From positions 1 through 44,239 of the forward strand of contig CAZXZL010000002.1 in the NCBI GenBank assembly GCA_964645415.1: 44,239 nucleotides of DNA. The letters run 5' to 3'. Below, in pieces: positions 1-8,814 of this stretch. The notes beneath the pieces were generated by a model. That model was not told the origin of the DNA, made no database searches, and worked only from the letters and a program-made list of their open reading frames with translations. The first letter of the stretch is position 1, and each line of letters starts with the position of its first letter. Source of the DNA: an uncultured Methanosarcinales archaeon (GTDB lineage: Archaea > Nanobdellota > Nanobdellia > Woesearchaeales > CAZXZL01). Both the position numbers and the translations under genes were made by a program.

Positions 1-330
1 GAATAATATAGAAACTACCGTGCTATACGAAGTATAGTACCATCCTTGCCAGCTTACTAAACTAAAGTTTAGAACTGTTAAATTAGAAATTTAAAAGTGT
101 GATAAAAGCTGTGCTAAAGAGAAAATCTACGTTTAATCTTCTTCGAAGTTAGTCCATCAAAATCATCTAAATAAAAAAAGTTTATAAAAAACAAAAAAAA
201 ATGAATAGAATATTATGGGAACCACTGTGCCATATGAAATATGGTACCATCCTTATCAAATTACTAAACTAAAGTTTAGAACTTGTTAAATTACAAATTT
301 AAAAGTGTGATAAAATTTGAGATAAAAAGA
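1..330 (+). repeat. Mosaic palindromic repeat cluster, locus 1 (hairpin module A x2, module B x2, module D x1)
   Basis: GTGCTATAC-GAA-GTATAGTAC at 20-40 and GTGCCATAT-GAA-ATATGGTAC at 227-247. Each is followed by TTACTAAACTAAAGTTTAGAAC(T)TGTTAAATTAnAAATTTAAAAGTGTGATAAA (54-106, 261-314). Bases 125-262 are identical to 44035-44172. Confidence 0.9.
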
Positions 331-367
331 AATAAAAAAAATAAAATGTAAAAAATCTAACTAATTA

Positions 368-514
368 TTACTTTTCTTCTAATTCAAAGTCGTTAAACTC
401 AATAATATCATAACTTTTAGTTCGACATTTGATAGTTTCTCCGTTATCTTCGAGAACCATCATCCACTCTTTATCAAGTTTATGTTCGACAATTTGTCCT
501 TTTTCGTAAGCCAT
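368..514 (-). CDS. Small hypothetical protein, 48 aa (MAYEKGQIVEHKLDKEWMMVLEDNGETIKCRTKSYDIIEFNDFELEEK)
   Basis: Not in the ORF track; read manually. ATG at 514 is preceded by a strong SD (GGAGGAGGTGA), TAA is at 368-370, and a BRE/TATA (AAAAGC-TTTATATA) lies at 567-580. Confidence 0.8.
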   Translation of the reverse strand: MAYEKGQIVEHKLDKEWMMVLEDNGETIKCRTKSYDIIEFNDFELEEK

Positions 515-566
515 ATTTTCACCTCCTCCATAGTTTAATTAGAATATAATTAAAAAAATAGGTTCT

Positions 567-580
567 TATATAAAGCTTTT
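567..580 (-). promoter_or_regulatory. Archaeal BRE-TATA promoter of the 48-aa ORF
   Basis: Minus strand AAAAGC-TTTATATA about 53 nt upstream of the ATG. The AT-rich background limits certainty. Confidence 0.5.
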
Positions 581-597
581 TATTAAATAATTTTAAC

Positions 598-1224
598 TTA
601 TGAACTATCTTCAAAAAAATAACTTAATATAAAATGTGTTGGAGGGTATATAAGTACTAATAACCCAAAACATAATAAAAGTAAATAAAATAAAGGATGA
701 AACATACTCTGTGGTTCTACAATCCCGTATATCCAATTAATATTTTTCTCAGGAGAGAGAATATATGTAACTATTAAAAGTAATACTCCTAAAAAAGACT
801 GATATTTTAAAGCATTTTTATTATAACCTAAAGAATTAATCAAATAAATTACAAAAAAAGGAATGATTATATGAAATAAAGATAAAGACCTAACATAAAT
901 AGGTATATTTGAAAGAAACATGTAATCTAAGGATTGAAAATTAAATCCAAAAAGCAATCTAAAAATAAACATTAAACTCCAACCAAGGTAAAATAAAAGT
1001 GATGTTAAACCCATCATACTTATAATAAGATTATTTTCAGTTAAAATACCAATTAATAATAATATAAGAGCAAAATGAGAAAACCAAAGAAGGTTACTTA
1101 TTCCATAATAAATAATATTAAAATAAATAATAGTAAGAAAAAACAAACAATAAAATAACTTAAAAACTAAAGGAATATTATTTCTTGTTTTAATATAATC
1201 TAAAAGATTCTTAAAAAAATCCAT
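598..1224 (-). CDS. Polytopic integral membrane protein of unknown function (possibly YwaF/TMEM164-like)
   Basis: 208 aa with about 6-7 hydrophobic segments and conserved-looking motifs LLWFSH, LSLFH and NINWIYG. The family assignment is tentative. Confidence 0.7.
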   Translation of the reverse strand: MDFFKNLLDYIKTRNNIPLVFKLFYCLFFLTIIYFNIIYYGISNLLWFSHFALILLLIGILTENNLIISMMGLTSLLFYLGWSLMFIFRLLFGFNFQSLDYMFLSNIPIYVRSLSLFHIIIPFFVIYLINSLGYNKNALKYQSFLGVLLLIVTYILSPEKNINWIYGIVEPQSMFHPLFYLLLLCFGLLVLIYPPTHFILSYFFEDSS

Positions 1225-1326
1225 GATTATTAAAAATTAGAAAAAAATAATTATAAAATTTGTTAAAATAAAATTAGAAAAGTTGTCTTCAGATATAAAA
1301 AAATAAAAAAAAGAGAAAAATTGAAG

Positions 1327-1527
1327 TTATGCTTTTTTAAATTGAGCAATAACATCAATTAAATCAACATGACCTAAAAACATTGTCCTACAACAATATC
1401 TTTCAATATCAAGGTCATCTAAAACTTCTTTTCTATCTTCACCATCTTCTTCGACCCTCTTTGCATACTCCTTCCAAAGATGTCCAATCGGTTTACCACA
1501 CGAATAACATCTAACTGGTATCATCAT
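1327..1527 (-). CDS. rpoN: DNA-directed RNA polymerase subunit N (Rpo10)
   Basis: [12 protein letters not shown] ... RYCCR zinc motifs; canonical position after rps9. Confidence 0.98.
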   Translation of the reverse strand: MMIPVRCYSCGKPIGHLWKEYAKRVEEDGEDRKEVLDDLDIERYCCRTMFLGHVDLIDVIAQFKKA

Positions 1528-1539
1528 TTTAACATCACC

Positions 1540-1953
1540 TTATCTGTAGGACTTTTGTCTTTTTGCTCTTGCTTTTCCAGATCTGTGAGGTTTTCTTGGT
1601 TCTCTTCTTCTCACATCTGCTACTAACAAGTGTCTGTCATATTCTTCATAAGCATTTTCAAGTTTTTCATCATCAAAGAACTCAACATAAGATTTTGCAA
1701 TAGCTAATCTTGCAGCTTCAGCACCAGAGATTTGACCTCCACCTTCAAGATTAACTTCAATGTCTAATTCTTCAACTTTATCTCCCATCACTTCTTTAGC
1801 AATTATCTTTGGTTCTTCAATCATCAAAATACAATTTTTATTTGGATAATTTTTATGACTAAAACCATTAATCATTATTTTTCCACTACCTTTCTTCAAA
1901 GTAGCTCTTGCTTTAGCACTTTTCCTTTTACCTGATGTATGAATATGTTTCAT
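1540..1953 (-). CDS. rps9: 30S ribosomal protein S9 (uS9)
   Basis: GKRKSAKARA, GGGQISGAEAARLAIA and C-terminal ARAKRQKSYR. Start moved to ATG 1953 because the upstream GTG is part of the SD AGGTGA, whose TGA is the rpl13 stop. Confidence 0.97.
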   Translation of the reverse strand: MKHIHTSGKRKSAKARATLKKGSGKIMINGFSHKNYPNKNCILMIEEPKIIAKEVMGDKVEELDIEVNLEGGGQISGAEAARLAIAKSYVEFFDDEKLENAYEEYDRHLLVADVRRREPRKPHRSGKARAKRQKSYR

Positions 1954-1958
1954 AAATA

Positions 1959-2396
1959 TCACCTTTTTCTATTTTTTGGACTGTAACCTAAATGTTCACA
2001 AACTTGTTGAACAGTAACAAAGTCAGGAATTTTAATATCTTTCTTTGATTTAATTCCATAATCTTTTGCTTCTTTATTTTTAAATTCTTCAGGAACACCA
2101 ACATAACATTTTACTTTTCTAAAAGCTTCTCTTCCAGAAGATTTTCTCTTACCAATCATTCCCCTAATTACTCTTCTTAAAAATCGGTCTGGAATTTTAG
2201 GAATAGTAACTCCATGTTTGTTTCTTGGTTTCATCTCATCTAGAGTTTTATATCTCTCAAAGATACCTTCTTTTTTTCCTGTAATAATAACTTCTTCTGA
2301 ATTTAAGATTACAACTTTTTCCCCTTCTCTTGCTTTACTTGCTGCAAAACTGGCAAGTCTTCCCATAATAAGTCCTTTACCGTTAATAATTATCAT
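1959..2396 (-). CDS. rpl13: 50S ribosomal protein L13 (uL13)
   Basis: IMGRLAS..A, RRVIRGM and VKCYVGVP motifs; start at ATG 2396 after AGGTGATATTT. Confidence 0.96.
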   Translation of the reverse strand: MIIINGKGLIMGRLASFAASKAREGEKVVILNSEEVIITGKKEGIFERYKTLDEMKPRNKHGVTIPKIPDRFLRRVIRGMIGKRKSSGREAFRKVKCYVGVPEEFKNKEAKDYGIKSKKDIKIPDFVTVQQVCEHLGYSPKNRKR

Positions 2397-2405
2397 AAAT
2401 ATCAC

Positions 2406-2756
2406 CTAAATTAATACTTTAATTCCTTCATCAAGTTTCTTTTTTGACATATAATCTGTAAGTTCAACAGCTTTTCCTTTTTCTTGAATTTTTTTCATTG
2501 CTTTTTTAGAAAAATTCCAAGCAATAACTTTTACTTTATGTTCAAGAAAACCAACTGAAAGAACTTTACCAGGAACAATTATAACATCGTTTTTTTCAGT
2601 ATAACGATTAATTTTACCTATATTAACTTCAACCTTTCTTCTTTTTGGTCTTTTCAGTTCTTCAGCAACTTTATCAAAAAGAGGAATATCCTCTTCACTT
2701 GCTCTTTCTTTCAATCCATTAATTGTATCAATTAGTTTTTGATTAGTCTTTTTCAT
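2406..2756 (-). CDS. rpl18e: 50S ribosomal protein L18e (eL18)
   Basis: P.RR..EVNIGKINRY, IIVPGKVLS.G and A..FS..A..KI motifs; synteny. Confidence 0.96.
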   Translation of the reverse strand: MKKTNQKLIDTINGLKERASEEDIPLFDKVAEELKRPKRRKVEVNIGKINRYTEKNDVIIVPGKVLSVGFLEHKVKVIAWNFSKKAMKKIQEKGKAVELTDYMSKKKLDEGIKVLI

Positions 2757-2793
2757 CTTAACTACCCTCCTACTTTCGCAAAAGCTCGCAGGA

Positions 2794-2879
2794 TGTGGAG
2801 GAAGGGATTTGAACCCTCGAAGGCACTAAACCACACGGACCTCATCCGTGCCCGTTTGACCTAGCTCCGGCACCTCCAC
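2794..2879 (-). tRNA. tRNA-Leu (anticodon GAG), intronless, CCA not encoded
   Basis: Acceptor stem GTGGAGG/CCTCCAC plus discriminator A; anticodon arm CACGG-ATGAGGT-CCGTG; long variable arm; T arm GAGGG-TTCAAAT-CCCTT. Usual archaeal position between rpoD and rpl18e. Confidence 0.96.
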
Positions 2880-2887
2880 ATAAAAAA

Positions 2888-3673
2888 TTACTTGGTTTTT
2901 AACCAAGATTCAAAATCATCTAGTTTTTTTCCAATAATATCACTAGCTTCAACAAATAATCTTTCTGGATCTAAAGATCCCCAAGATTCAATTGTTAAAC
3001 AAAATCTATCATCTAAAACTTCAGCATCAATTTCTTTAATATCTTCAGCAAATTCACAGCCTTCAAAAGATTCAACAATCTCATTTTTTACATCAGATTT
3101 TTTTAAATCAATATTATCACTTAGATGTTTTTCAATTGCATTGATTTTATCTTCATCATTTACTTTCTTAACTCCATTAATTTTAACAAGATTATAATAA
3201 TGTACATGACCAGGTGACCACTTCATATGTTCTTTTCCTCTTCCTAATTCAGCAGTTCCTTCAATTTGAATTTCTTGGCCTTCTAATAATTTGATAATTG
3301 GAGTTTTAGGATAAATTGGTTTAATAGATGGGTCTTTAAACGATATGTCTTCAGCATATACCATATCAGGACCTTTTCCTTTAACGGAAAATTGCACTTG
3401 ACAACTAGCACAGCCTACTCCACCACAAGAACATTCTTCTTTAATTTGATAAGTTTTTAAGTCAGTGTTTAAAGCAAGAAGCCCTAACCTATGAGCAACC
3501 ATCTCATCATATAATCCAGAACTATTCATAAAGATATCAACATCTTCAATAGTAAGAGTTGGAACTTCTGTTTTTATGATTCTTCTAAGTTCATTTAAAT
3601 ATTCAATAGAAATTCCTTCTAAATAAATCTTTAAAATGTTATCTTTTGGTTTTTCAACTTTATTTATTTGCAT
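2888..3673 (-). CDS. rpoD: DNA-directed RNA polymerase subunit D (Rpo3)
   Basis: NELRRII..EVPT, NSSGLYDEMVAHRLGL, CSCGGVGCASC, G.GKEH.KW.P and ESWGSL.P motifs. Confidence 0.97.
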   Translation of the reverse strand: MQINKVEKPKDNILKIYLEGISIEYLNELRRIIKTEVPTLTIEDVDIFMNSSGLYDEMVAHRLGLLALNTDLKTYQIKEECSCGGVGCASCQVQFSVKGKGPDMVYAEDISFKDPSIKPIYPKTPIIKLLEGQEIQIEGTAELGRGKEHMKWSPGHVHYYNLVKINGVKKVNDEDKINAIEKHLSDNIDLKKSDVKNEIVESFEGCEFAEDIKEIDAEVLDDRFCLTIESWGSLDPERLFVEASDIIGKKLDDFESWLKTK

Positions 3674-3685
3674 AATAAATCACCT

Positions 3686-4087
3686 TCAAACCCTTCTTCC
3701 TCTTTTTCCACCTTTTTTTGTACAACCATCGTGAGGAACAGGAGTTACATCTTCAATTAAACCAATTCTTAATCCACTTCTAGCAAGAGTTCTAATTGTA
3801 GCTTGTGCACCAGGACCAGGATTCTTTGGATGATTATGTCCACCAGGTGCTCTAATTTTCATATGAACTCCATTAATTCCTTTTTCTTTAATTATCTCTG
3901 CAACTTGTTTTGCTGCTTTCATTGCAGCATTTGGTGAAGATTCTAAACGATCAGTTTTTACAACTTGACCACCAGAAACAGTAGCTAAAGTTTCAGCACC
4001 ACTTACATCAGTTACATGAATAATTGTATTATTATATGAAGAAAAAACATGCACAACAGCCCAACGAAAATTATTCTTTTTACTCAT
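3686..4087 (-). CDS. rps11: 30S ribosomal protein S11 (uS11)
   Basis: [22 protein letters not shown] and [11 protein letters not shown]...GGKRGRRV. Confidence 0.99.
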   Translation of the reverse strand: MSKKNNFRWAVVHVFSSYNNTIIHVTDVSGAETLATVSGGQVVKTDRLESSPNAAMKAAKQVAEIIKEKGINGVHMKIRAPGGHNHPKNPGPGAQATIRTLARSGLRIGLIEDVTPVPHDGCTKKGGKRGRRV

Positions 4088-4712
4088 CTTTTTTCACCTT
4101 CTTATCTTCTTTTGATTTTTTAGTTTTTGATTTTTTAGAATTATCATCATTACTTTTATTGGATTTTTTACCTTCCATCTCTTCTTTAATCTCTTTTCTA
4201 ACTAATTCTCTTTCAGGATGTTCTTCATCAGAATAAGGAGAACTTTCAACAAAAGTAATTGATTTCTCAACAGACTTTGGAACTAAGTAAGACGGTGAAG
4301 AAATTACTTTACCATCAACTAAAACATGTCTATGTGTAATCATTTGTCTAGCTTGCTCTTCAGTTCTTGCTAAACTTTTTTTAACAAGAATTGTTTGCAA
4401 TCTTCTTTCTAAAACATCTTTAACATTAATTCCGAGAACATCATCTAAACTAGAATCTTTAGGTAAAAGACCTAACTTAACACATTTATTTAATAGATCT
4501 TTTTTTTCTTTTTCTGCAATCTTACCTTCTTCAGCATTGATTTCCTTTGCTTTTGAAGATAAATCTCTTGCAAAAGATTTCATTTTCCATACTTCTTTCC
4601 TATTTTTCAATCCATATTTTTGAATTAATGACTTCTCTGAATCAATCCTTTCTTTTTTCCAAGGATGATCTGGAGTAGAATATCTTTTTCTTTGTTTTTT
4701 TGGATTACCCAT
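4080..4712 (-). CDS. rps4: 30S ribosomal protein S4 (uS4) with Lys-rich C-terminal tail
   Basis: [31 protein letters not shown] and ARQMITHRH. Confidence 0.98.
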   Translation of the reverse strand: MGNPKKQRKRYSTPDHPWKKERIDSEKSLIQKYGLKNRKEVWKMKSFARDLSSKAKEINAEEGKIAEKEKKDLLNKCVKLGLLPKDSSLDDVLGINVKDVLERRLQTILVKKSLARTEEQARQMITHRHVLVDGKVISSPSYLVPKSVEKSITFVESSPYSDEEHPERELVRKEIKEEMEGKKSNKSNDDNSKKSKTKKSKEDKKVKKDE

Positions 4713-4714
4713 TA

Positions 4715-5179
4715 TTATGCACCTCTATTACGAGATTTATTGATTTTTAACGAAACAGACTTATCTCTAAAGTTTGATTTTGTTCTTTGACCTCTTACAG
4801 GAAGACCTCTAGATAATCTTTGACCACGATAGCTAACGATTTTAGATAATCTTTTAATATCGAAATCATATTTAAGTTTAATATCTTTTCCTACAAGATG
4901 TTTATCTTTTCCATCAACTAAATCTTTCCTACGGTTATATAACCACTCAGGAACATCAAATTTCGATGGGTTTTTAAGTAGATCTTGAATTTCAGCGAGT
5001 TTATCTTCTGATAATTCCCCAATCTTTTTTTTCTTATCTAAATCAAGAACTTTACAAATAGCATTGGAAAACATCCAATCTACTCCTTTAATACTAGTCA
5101 ATCCTGAATAAGTTTCATTGTGACCTTCTATATCACTATTACCTAACCTTACAATTTCCTTAAAATCGTCATTTGCCAT
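4715..5179 (-). CDS. rps13: 30S ribosomal protein S13 (uS13)
   Basis: PEWLYNRRKD and SYRG.R...GLPVRGQRTKSNFR. Confidence 0.98.
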   Translation of the reverse strand: MANDDFKEIVRLGNSDIEGHNETYSGLTSIKGVDWMFSNAICKVLDLDKKKKIGELSEDKLAEIQDLLKNPSKFDVPEWLYNRRKDLVDGKDKHLVGKDIKLKYDFDIKRLSKIVSYRGQRLSRGLPVRGQRTKSNFRDKSVSLKINKSRNRGA

Positions 5180-5255
5180 ATTAACACCTATCTAACAATT
5201 AATCATAAATTTTAATTTAGAGTATAATTAGTCAAAACCGGAAAAACTCCGATAG

Positions 5256-5270
5256 TTTATAAATATTTCC
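5256..5270 (-). promoter_or_regulatory. Likely BRE-TATA promoter of the rps13-rpoN operon
   Basis: Minus strand GGAAATA-TTTATAAA about 77 nt upstream of the rps13 ATG. Confidence 0.45.
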
Positions 5271-5544
5271 AACATCCAACATCAAACAAGAATAATAAAA
5301 CCAGGTCATTTAAATATTTACCCCAAAATGAAAGAAATAAGTTAACTAAAATAAAATTTGATAAAAAAAACAAATATAAAAGTATAAAAAATTTAAATAA
5401 ATAATAATATAAGTTAAATTATAAAAGTAATAATTAAACATATTTTAATAATATAAACATATTAATAGTATTAATTAATAGTATGAATAATACAAAATAT
5501 TTTTAATATTAACATTATTTTAAAATAAAATACAGGTGGCCACT

Positions 5545-6033
5545 ATGCAATGTAATATTTGTGGGAAAAAAATAACTTCAGGATATAAAGTTAGTTTAGA
5601 AGGTAGTGAAGTATTAGCATGTAATAACTGTTCAAAACATGGAAAAAGGATTAGAAAAGTTTATGAGAGCCAAAAAGAACTAAAAAAAGAAAGAAAAGAA
5701 GAAAGTTCAATGAATAAAAATCAAAATACTAAAAAGAAAACTAAAGAAGAATTAGGTTTTAAAGAAAATTTTGACAAGTTAATAAAACAAGAGAGAGAAA
5801 AAAGAGATATGAAACAACAAGAATTCGCAAAGATGCTTGGTATTAAATCATCATTATTACATCAATTAGAGTCTGGAAAAGAGACTAATATTAAAATAGC
5901 AAAAAAAATACAAAACAAATTAGGTATAACTATTCTTGAAAGAGTTAAAGTGGGAGATCATAACCAATATAAAGCAAAAAGTAGAGCGAGAACAATTGGA
6001 GATTTAATAAAAGAAAAAATGAATGAAAAATAG
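5545..6033 (+). CDS. mbf1: Archaeal multiprotein bridging factor 1 (Zn ribbon + XRE-type HTH)
   Basis: MQCNICGK...CNNC zinc ribbon, [24 protein letters not shown] and C-terminal TIGDLI; start at ATG 5545 after AGGTGG. Confidence 0.92.
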   Translation: MQCNICGKKITSGYKVSLEGSEVLACNNCSKHGKRIRKVYESQKELKKERKEESSMNKNQNTKKKTKEELGFKENFDKLIKQEREKRDMKQQEFAKMLGIKSSLLHQLESGKETNIKIAKKIQNKLGITILERVKVGDHNQYKAKSRARTIGDLIKEKMNEK

Positions 6034-6041
6034 GTGAAATT

Positions 6042-8741
6042 ATGTCTAATTCAAAATCAGAATTTTATAAAATAGCAAAAAAATGGCAAGAAAGATGGGA
6101 AAAAGAAGAAGTATTCCATACTAAAAAAGATAAAAGAAATAAAATGTATTGCCTTGAAATGTTCCCATATCCTTCTGGAAAAATGCACATGGGTCATGTT
6201 AGAAATTATTCAATAGTAGATGCTTATGCACGATTTAAAAGAATGAATGGATATAATGTATTATACCCTGCAGGATATGATTCATTTGGTTTACCTGCAG
6301 AAAATGCTGCAATTAAAAGAAATATTAATCCAAAAGAATGGACTGAAAAAAATATAGAAAGTATAAAATCACAACAAAAAGAGATGGGGTTTTCATATGA
6401 TTGGAGTCGAGAAATAGCAACACATAGAGAAGAGTATTATAAATGGAACCAATGGTTTTTTACAAAGTTATATGAAAAAGGATTAGCTTATCAAAAGAAA
6501 GGAATGGTTAATTGGTGTCCTAAGTGTTCAACAGTCTTAGCTAATGAACAAGTAATTGATGGTTTATGTTGGAGATGTGACAGTGAAGTCGAAATGAAAG
6601 CATTAAAACAATGGTATTTGAAAATTACAGAATATGCTGATGAATTACTTGAAGAATTAGATAATATGGATGATTGGCCAAATGCAGTTAAAATCATGCA
6701 AAAAAATTGGATTGGCAAATCAGAAGGAACAAATATTAAATTTGATGTTGTTGGAAAAGATTTAGAACTTGAAACTTTTACAACGAGAATAGATACTGCT
6801 TTTGGGATAACTTATTTAGTAATATCACCTGAAAATCCATTAGTTAATGAATTAATTAAAGATTCTGAAAATAAAAAAGAAATTAACGAATTTATAAGAG
6901 AATGTGTTAACACTAATATTGATGAGAGAACAAGTGAAGACTCAGAGAAGAAAGGAGTATTCACAGGAAGTTATGCTAAAAATCCTTTAACTGATGAAAA
7001 AATACCTATTTGGATAGGTAATTATGTACTTCAAGAATATGGTACAGGAGTAGTTATGGCAGTTCCAGCTCATGATCAAAGAGATTATATGTTTGCAAAA
7101 AAATACAATTTACCAATTAAGTTAGTAATTAAACCTGAAGATTATGATTTAACTGAAGAAAAGTTATCAAGAGCATATACACAAGATGGTGTTTTAGTTA
7201 ATTCAGGTAAATTCAATGGAATGAAAAATAGACAAGCAATAAAAGATATACAAAAATATTTAGAAAAAAATGATTGGGGAGAAAAAACATCTTCTTACAA
7301 ATTAAGAGATTGGCTTATTTCAAGACAAAGATACTGGGGAACACCAATCCCAATTATATTTTGTGATGATTGTGGAACAATTCCTGTAAGTAAAGAGAAT
7401 TTACCAGTAAAACTACCAAAAGATGTAGAATTTACTGGAAAAGGTAATCCAATAAAAACTTCAGAGAAGTTTAAAAAAGTAAAATGTCCTAAATGTAATA
7501 AAGATGCAAAAAGAGAAACAGATACAATGGATACTTTCTTTGATTCTTCATGGTATTTTTTGAGATACACTGACCCACACAATGAAAAAGAAATGTTCAA
7601 TGAAGATAAAGCAAAGTATTGGAGTCCAGTAGATAATTATGTAGGAGGCATAGAACATGCAATTCTACATTTATTATATTCTAGATTTTTTACTAAAGCT
7701 ATGAGAGATATCGGATTAATTGACTTTGATGAACCTTTTAAAAAATTATTAACACAAGGAATGGTATTAAAAGAAGGTTCAAAAATGTCTAAATCTAAAG
7801 GCAATGTTGTTGATCCTGAAGAGATTAATAAAAAATATGGTCCAGACACATCTAGAACTTTTATTTTATTTGCATCATCACCTGAAAAAGAACTAGATTG
7901 GAGAGATAAAGGATTTAAAAGTATTTATCAATTTTTGAAAAGAATTAATGATAGAATAAAAACGATAATAAATAAAAATCAAAAAGAAAAAAGTGAAAAC
8001 AATATTAAAGATAAATACATGAAAAGTAAAATAGAGTCTACATTAAAAGAGATTAATTCCTTATATGAGGATATGAGATATAATAGAGTAGTAACAAGAC
8101 TGATGGAAATGTTTGATGATATTTCAAATTATATGAATAAAGATTACAATGAAGAAATAATGAATAGAGCAATTGAAGTATTCATTAAATCTTTATCACC
8201 TATTGCACCACATTTATGTGAAGAGCTTTGGGAAGAATTAGGAAAAGATTCTTTTATCTCAAAAGAGAAGTGGCCTAAAGTTAGAGAAGAGAATATCAAC
8301 AAAAAATATGAATTCTTAAATTCACTTATTGAAAGAGTAAGTGAAGATATTAGGTCAATTAATGAAATTGTTGATTTTAAACCAAAAGTAGCAAAGATTA
8401 TTTTGAGTGAAGATTGGAAGTATCAATTATTAGAAGTAATTAATGAAGAGAATAGTGAAGATTTCAATGAAATTAAATCAAAAGTGATGAAAACAAAATT
8501 AAGAAAGAAGGGGAAAAAAGCAATTAACTTAATAAATAAAATAATCACAGATAGAGAACTAAAAGGAAATAACTTTAAAAAAGAAGAAGAAATTAAGTTA
8601 TATAAAGAGAATTTAAGTGAGATTCAACAAAAGACAAATCTTAACATAGAAATAAAAGTTATTGAAAAAGTAGAAACTAAAGAAGAAAAGAAAAAAAGAG
8701 TAAAAGCTAGACCAGCAAAACCAGCAATTATTTTAGAGTGA
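6042..8741 (+). CDS. leuS: Leucine--tRNA ligase (bacterial-type core with archaeal-type C-terminal domain)
   Basis: [59 protein letters not shown] and KMSKS; C-terminus [11 protein letters not shown]. Confidence 0.98.
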   Translation: MSNSKSEFYKIAKKWQERWEKEEVFHTKKDKRNKMYCLEMFPYPSGKMHMGHVRNYSIVDAYARFKRMNGYNVLYPAGYDSFGLPAENAAIKRNINPKEWTEKNIESIKSQQKEMGFSYDWSREIATHREEYYKWNQWFFTKLYEKGLAYQKKGMVNWCPKCSTVLANEQVIDGLCWRCDSEVEMKALKQWYLKITEYADELLEELDNMDDWPNAVKIMQKNWIGKSEGTNIKFDVVGKDLELETFTTRIDTAFGITYLVISPENPLVNELIKDSENKKEINEFIRECVNTNIDERTSEDSEKKGVFTGSYAKNPLTDEKIPIWIGNYVLQEYGTGVVMAVPAHDQRDYMFAKKYNLPIKLVIKPEDYDLTEEKLSRAYTQDGVLVNSGKFNGMKNRQAIKDIQKYLEKNDWGEKTSSYKLRDWLISRQRYWGTPIPIIFCDDCGTIPVSKENLPVKLPKDVEFTGKGNPIKTSEKFKKVKCPKCNKDAKRETDTMDTFFDSSWYFLRYTDPHNEKEMFNEDKAKYWSPVDNYVGGIEHAILHLLYSRFFTKAMRDIGLIDFDEPFKKLLTQGMVLKEGSKMSKSKGNVVDPEEINKKYGPDTSRTFILFASSPEKELDWRDKGFKSIYQFLKRINDRIKTIINKNQKEKSENNIKDKYMKSKIESTLKEINSLYEDMRYNRVVTRLMEMFDDISNYMNKDYNEEIMNRAIEVFIKSLSPIAPHLCEELWEELGKDSFISKEKWPKVREENINKKYEFLNSLIERVSEDIRSINEIVDFKPKVAKIILSEDWKYQLLEVINEENSEDFNEIKSKVMKTKLRKKGKKAINLINKIITDRELKGNNFKKEEEIKLYKENLSEIQQKTNLNIEIKVIEKVETKEEKKKRVKARPAKPAIILE

Positions 8742-8758
8742 TTTTTTTATTTTTTTTT
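8742..8758 (+). terminator. Oligo-T tract, putative archaeal intrinsic terminator of mbf1-leuS
   Basis: T7-A-T9 immediately after the leuS TGA. Confidence 0.5.
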
Positions 8759-8814
8759 AATAATTTATACTCATAAAAAGTAATAAATATATTTGATTCT
8801 TTTTTTTACTATTT

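Noticed and set aside
54..106. Integron attC sites (ACTAAAC...GTTAAAT)
   Set aside because: Too short, no single long imperfect palindrome, no cassette ORFs and no integrase.
227..247. Origin recognition boxes (TGCCATATGAAAT resembles a mini-ORB)
   Set aside because: The other allele loses the CA...GAAA core, there is no G-string or adjacent orc1/cdc6, and the copies are dispersed. Not fully excluded.
201..272. Short ORF MNRILWEPLCHMKYGTILIK within the repeat (also at 44111)
   Set aside because: No SD, the frame is not conserved in other copies, and the substitutions follow base pairing rather than codons.
1..330. CRISPR array at the window ends
   Set aside because: There is no constant repeat with unique equal-length spacers, the intervening DNA is itself repeated, and no cas genes are present.
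2768..2793. Archaeal SECIS element
   Set aside because: The GAA/A loop geometry does not match, and no in-frame TGA selenoprotein candidate is nearby.
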